Assembly: GCA_030390025.1 (NCBI GenBank)
Contig: CM059432.1
Span: 48,796,001-48,860,000, forward strand
From: Squalus acanthias
Taxonomy: Eukaryota
Reading direction: 5' to 3'
Length of the DNA stretch: 64,000 nucleotides
The notes beneath the pieces were generated by a model. It saw only the letters and a list, made by a program, of their open reading frames with translations, was not told the DNA's origin and did not search any database. Shown one piece after another: positions 60,392 through 64,000 of the stretch (the first letter of the stretch is position 1; the number at the start of each line of letters is the position of its first letter). The position numbers were made by a program, and so were the translations under genes.

Positions 60392-61214
60392 GTGAAGTTA
60401 TTCACTTTGGTAGGAAGAATAGAAAAACAGAATACTTTTTAAATGGTGAGAAACTTTCAAATGTTGGCGTTCAGAGAGATTTGGGTGTCCTCGTGCAAGA
60501 AACACAGAAAGCTAGCATGCAGGTACAGCAAGCAATAAGGAAGGCAAATAGCATGTTGGCCTTTATTGCAAGGGGGTTGGAGTATAAAAGTAAGGAAGTC
60601 TTGCTACAATTTTATAGGGCCTTGGTGAGACCACACCTGGAGTACTGTGCAGTTTTGGTCTCCTTATCTAAGGAAGGATATACTTACCTTGGAAGTGGAG
60701 CAACAAAGGTTCACTAGATTGATTCCTGAGATGAGAGGGCTGTCCTATGATGAGAGATTGTGTAGAATGGACCTATACTCTCTGGAGTTTAGAAAAATGA
60801 GAGGTGATCCCATTGAAACATACAAGATTCTGAAGGGGATTGACAGGGTAGATGTTGAGAGGTTGTTTCCCCTGGCTGGAGAGTCTAGAACTAGGGGGCA
60901 TAGTCTCAGGATAAGGGCTAGGCCATTTAAGACTGAGATGAGGAGGAATTTCTTCACTCAGAGGGTTGTGAATCTTTGGAATTCTCTGCCCCAGAGGGCT
61001 GTGAATGCTGAGTCTTTGAGTATATTCAAGGCTAAGATAGATAGATTTTTGGACTCTAGGGGAATCAAGGGATATGGAGATCGGGCGGGAATGTGGAGTT
61101 GAGGTCGATGATCAGCCATGATCTTATTGAATGGCGGAGCAGGCTCGAGGGGCCGTATGGCCTACTCCTGCTCTTACTTCTTATGTTCTTATGTTCTTTA
61201 CATGGAAAATAAAG

Positions 61215-61494
61215 TCTCCGATCTTATGTATAAAGGCACTTACCTCCTGGATCCAGCAATCCTCGCCTTACTTTAGCTGGCGGGTTTCACGAGGCCTGCA
61301 AAACCCAATCAGCTACAGTTAAATTTAAAATGGTGGTTAAAGCTGAAGCATAGCAGCCTCATTATAATATTTAAATGGGCGACCTGCCTCCTGGGAACGG
61401 GTTGGAGGCAGTTTGGGGTCCAGATTCAGACTTTTAACACTAACTTCCCACCTGACCCTAACCCACCCATTTTTTTGCGTTAAAATTCCCCCCT
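61215..61494 (-). mobile_element. Partial copy of the 36257-37364 Harbinger-like element
   Basis: Reverse complement matches 36257-36570 (aaaaaatgggtgggtt...ccagctaaag...ggatcc.ggaggtaagtgccttta). Confidence 0.8.
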
Positions 61495-61495
61495 A

Positions 61496-61955
61496 CGTGT
61501 CAGGTCGATGACCTATCGTTAGAACTGGAAATGGTTAGAGATGTAACAGGTTTTAAGCAAGTATAGAGACAGGGAAAGGGGGAAGGGAAGGAAAGAACAA
61601 AAGGGAAGGTCTGTGATAGGGTGGAAGGCACCAGAGATTAAATTGCAAAAGGGATGATAGGGCAAGGCAAAAAGAATGGCAATGGGACAAGAAAAGAAAC
61701 AAATGAGGAGTTGTAAATGGGAATATCAGAATCATGAGCAGCAGCTCCCGTCCGAAAAAAAGGGGGCAGAGGTTATGGTCTGAAATTGTTGAACTCACCG
61801 TTGAGTCCGGAAGGCTGTAAAGTGCCTAATCAAAAGATGAGGTGCTGTTCCTCGAGCTTACGTTGAGCTTCATTGCAACAGTGTAAGGGGCCGAGGACAG
61901 AGAGGTCAGAGTGGGAGTGGTCCGGAGAATAAAAATGACAGGAGACCGGAAGTTA
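61496..61955 (-). mobile_element. Penelope-like element 3' fragment (GIY-YIG endonuclease C-terminus, 3' UTR, degenerate hammerhead)
   Basis: Minus frame LPVSCHFYSPDHSHSDLSVLG...RKLEEQHLIF*LGTLQPSGLN; end reads agttctaacgataggtcatcgacctgacacgt. Confidence 0.85.
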
Positions 61956-63539
61956 CGACTTGACACATGATCCTCACCGATGGGGAAATCCTCATTGCTG
62001 GCGCAGAGTTGGGCTAGTTGCCCACCAACTGCCCAGCAATTACATATGAAAATTTTACGGCTGATGCAAACAGACTCAGGGCCTGTTTTCATCAGCGTAA
62101 GGGGATACCTCAAAAGATCCAAAGCATCGTTCGGCATGTTTTAGCTCGCAGAAAAGTGAAATTGGAACATTACAACAGATCGAAGCACCTGAGCTCCATT
62201 TGAATAATTTAGCCCTGAGCTTCGTAGAATTGCGAAGAGGTTTTTTTGTTACTGTCTACACATTTAATCTCTGTATTATTGAAATCCTGATATTGAAGCT
62301 TGGTGCTGTCATTTCGCCAGTTGTTTTGTGTGGGACAACCTGAGTGCCACTGTTCAGTTCTCTGTACCTCATATGGTTGTGACTGATTGAATTCAACCGA
62401 TACTAAATCCCAAATTAAGAATGAAACGTTAAACCTATATATTTAAATCTTATTTCCTGACATTAAAGCTTTTAATGCAACATTCGGCATGTCAGGTGCC
62501 AGTCTGCACCCTCCTTTCTTCTATAAGCCTGACGCAATGGTTCCCACATAGCTGTCAACACTGTAAGAAGAAACTCGGCGCTTCCACTGATTGGAGCACT
62601 AGGCCCATGTGATCCCAGGTACGCTTCCGCATACGCTGCACCACTGGGATCTGTGGGCCATTACGCTGCCGTCGAGTACGCAGCGTCAAACAGCAAGTTC
62701 GTGAAGGAGGGTCCCCATCAGGTAAGTTCACAGTCTATTAGGATGCTGGCGGCGTACTCCGTAGGTACGCCACCAACCGGAAAATCTGCTCCATTAAGTA
62801 GGTTTTTTTAAGGGAACTTCTACTGAATTGTCCATTAAATATCTCATCATGATACAAGTGCAGTGCCATTGACCTCTCTATTCCACTCTCTCCTAGATAG
62901 TTCTTCAGAGGACAGATTGGCCCGACCACCTTATATTTTTTTGCTTGTCAATAATATACAGTGCTTGGTGGTTCATTATAGATTACCAAAGATTATAAAG
63001 TGTGAATTAGATTCATAGATAATCAAACCCTATAAGACAGCTTTGTACTCTGTAATTAATTATTTTGTGTTTTTAATTTTTTTAATTTTTTAACTTCCAA
63101 AATAAAGTGGCAAAAACATAGGAACCAATCAACTGTACTGAGTACATTTTTTAAAACAGCACATTATGCTGTTCAGTTACCATGGGCAACACTAGCTACC
63201 ATCTACACTGTAACACTGCTATAGAAGCAGTAAATATGTTCACAAGAAGATTATACGGTAGTAATAAATTTCCCTGAGCATTAGAATGTCTCCTCTCTGT
63301 TGCCACATTTCCATAACAAAGAGGCCAGGTAATATGCTCACAGGCTGCTTACCCTACTGCTCTTATACACCTTCCCCTTTGAGTAACTGCTTTGTCTCCA
63401 CTTGCCACTTCCTCTTGATAGCCTGTCTGGGGATGTGAATGTTCAATAGTAGGAAATCTGGTGCATGAGAAGGAAGCAATGATGGAATAAAATAGAAATA
63501 GGCACGTTAATGCATGCAGTTCTTGGCAATGCATTATAG

Positions 63540-63842
63540 GAACACTATTGCAATCATGGAAAGGGTACAGTGAAGATTCACTGGAATGACAGAAGGAATG
63601 AATGAGAGATTATAGTTATGAAGAAAGGCTCAAAAAATTGGAGCTTTTCATTGGAACAGCAGAGTAGGTGAAGAGGAAATGTAATAGAGGTTTGAAATTT
63701 ATGAAAGGTTTTGAGAGAGGGCAGTAGAAGAAGGCATAAACCCAGGATTATCACAAGAAGAATGAAAGGGAAAGTTAGAAAAAAAATCTTTTCACACAGG
63801 TTATTAGAACATGGAAAGCTTCACCACAAGTGGCAATTGAGA
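63540..63842 (+). mobile_element. Highly degraded CR1 C-terminal fragment
   Basis: gaaagggtacagtgaagattcactggaatg...tatagttatgaagaaaggctc...ttttcacacag remnants (ERVQ.RFT.M, SYEERL). Confidence 0.65.
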
Positions 63843-64000
63843 CAACGGGTTAGATTTTAACTTGGGCTTCTCAGTATAAATGGGGCGGTAGCAGCTCAAA
63901 CACAGCTGACTGCACCATTTACACTAGTGCTCTGGAGGCTGCCACCCTGCTGCTGGCCGACTCGAAGCACCTACCTGTTTTAGGCAGTGAACTTTTTAAT

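Larger units (their letters stand above)
52795..61200 (+). mobile_element. Long CR1 LINE (ORF1 esterase C-terminus, ORF2, tail) hosting a MITE and a Gypsy element
   Basis: ORF1 end ELFCRDGLHLNRA...RALN* at ~52800-52959; degenerate APE from ~53820; RT pieces 54757-55910 and 60396-61102; (tatgttct)n tail at ~61180-61198. Confidence 0.93.

Noticed and set aside
55907..60717. ORFs 55907-56140 and 60208-60717 sharing an N-terminal sequence
   Set aside because: Antisense read-through of the two identical LTRs, the second fused by chance to the host CR1 frame
61960..62795. CpG-richer fragments resembling MITE ends
   Set aside because: Boundaries and TSDs could not be resolved
1..64000. Prokaryotic systems (CRISPR arrays, retrons, operons)
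   Set aside because: No repeat-spacer arrays or bacterial gene organisation; all RTs are eukaryotic LINE or Gypsy type

Overview
Eukaryotic, repeat-dominated vertebrate DNA. The repeat repertoire (HER1/CR1-type LINEs, L2 LINEs, Deu-domain SacSINE1/AmnSINE1-like SINEs, Penelope remnants) points to a cartilaginous fish such as a shark; this is inference. No host protein-coding gene could be identified with confidence, so the window is intergenic or intronic. Highlights: (1) a single-ORF APE-RT LINE at 18811-21725 begins with a tRNA-derived A/B-box head and has no TTTT run on its ~2.9 kb sense strand, suggesting a Pol III-transcribed protein-coding LINE; its head+tail SINE derivative lies at 28531-28787. 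(2) A PIF/Harbinger element at 25473-28231 has a duplicated right end enclosing a ~700 bp copy of 46762-47464. (3) An intact Gypsy element at 55911-60391 has identical LTRs, a YLDN RT motif, no tRNA PBS but an 11-nt PBS complementary to its own LTR, and a duplicated PPT/U3 junction. (4) A 1.69 kb solo LTR with a 4-bp TSD lies at 10461-12152. (5) There are Penelope remnants with minimal hammerhead ribozyme cores, and many MITEs with clear TSDs. All calls were read by eye; boundaries without a TSD are approximate.
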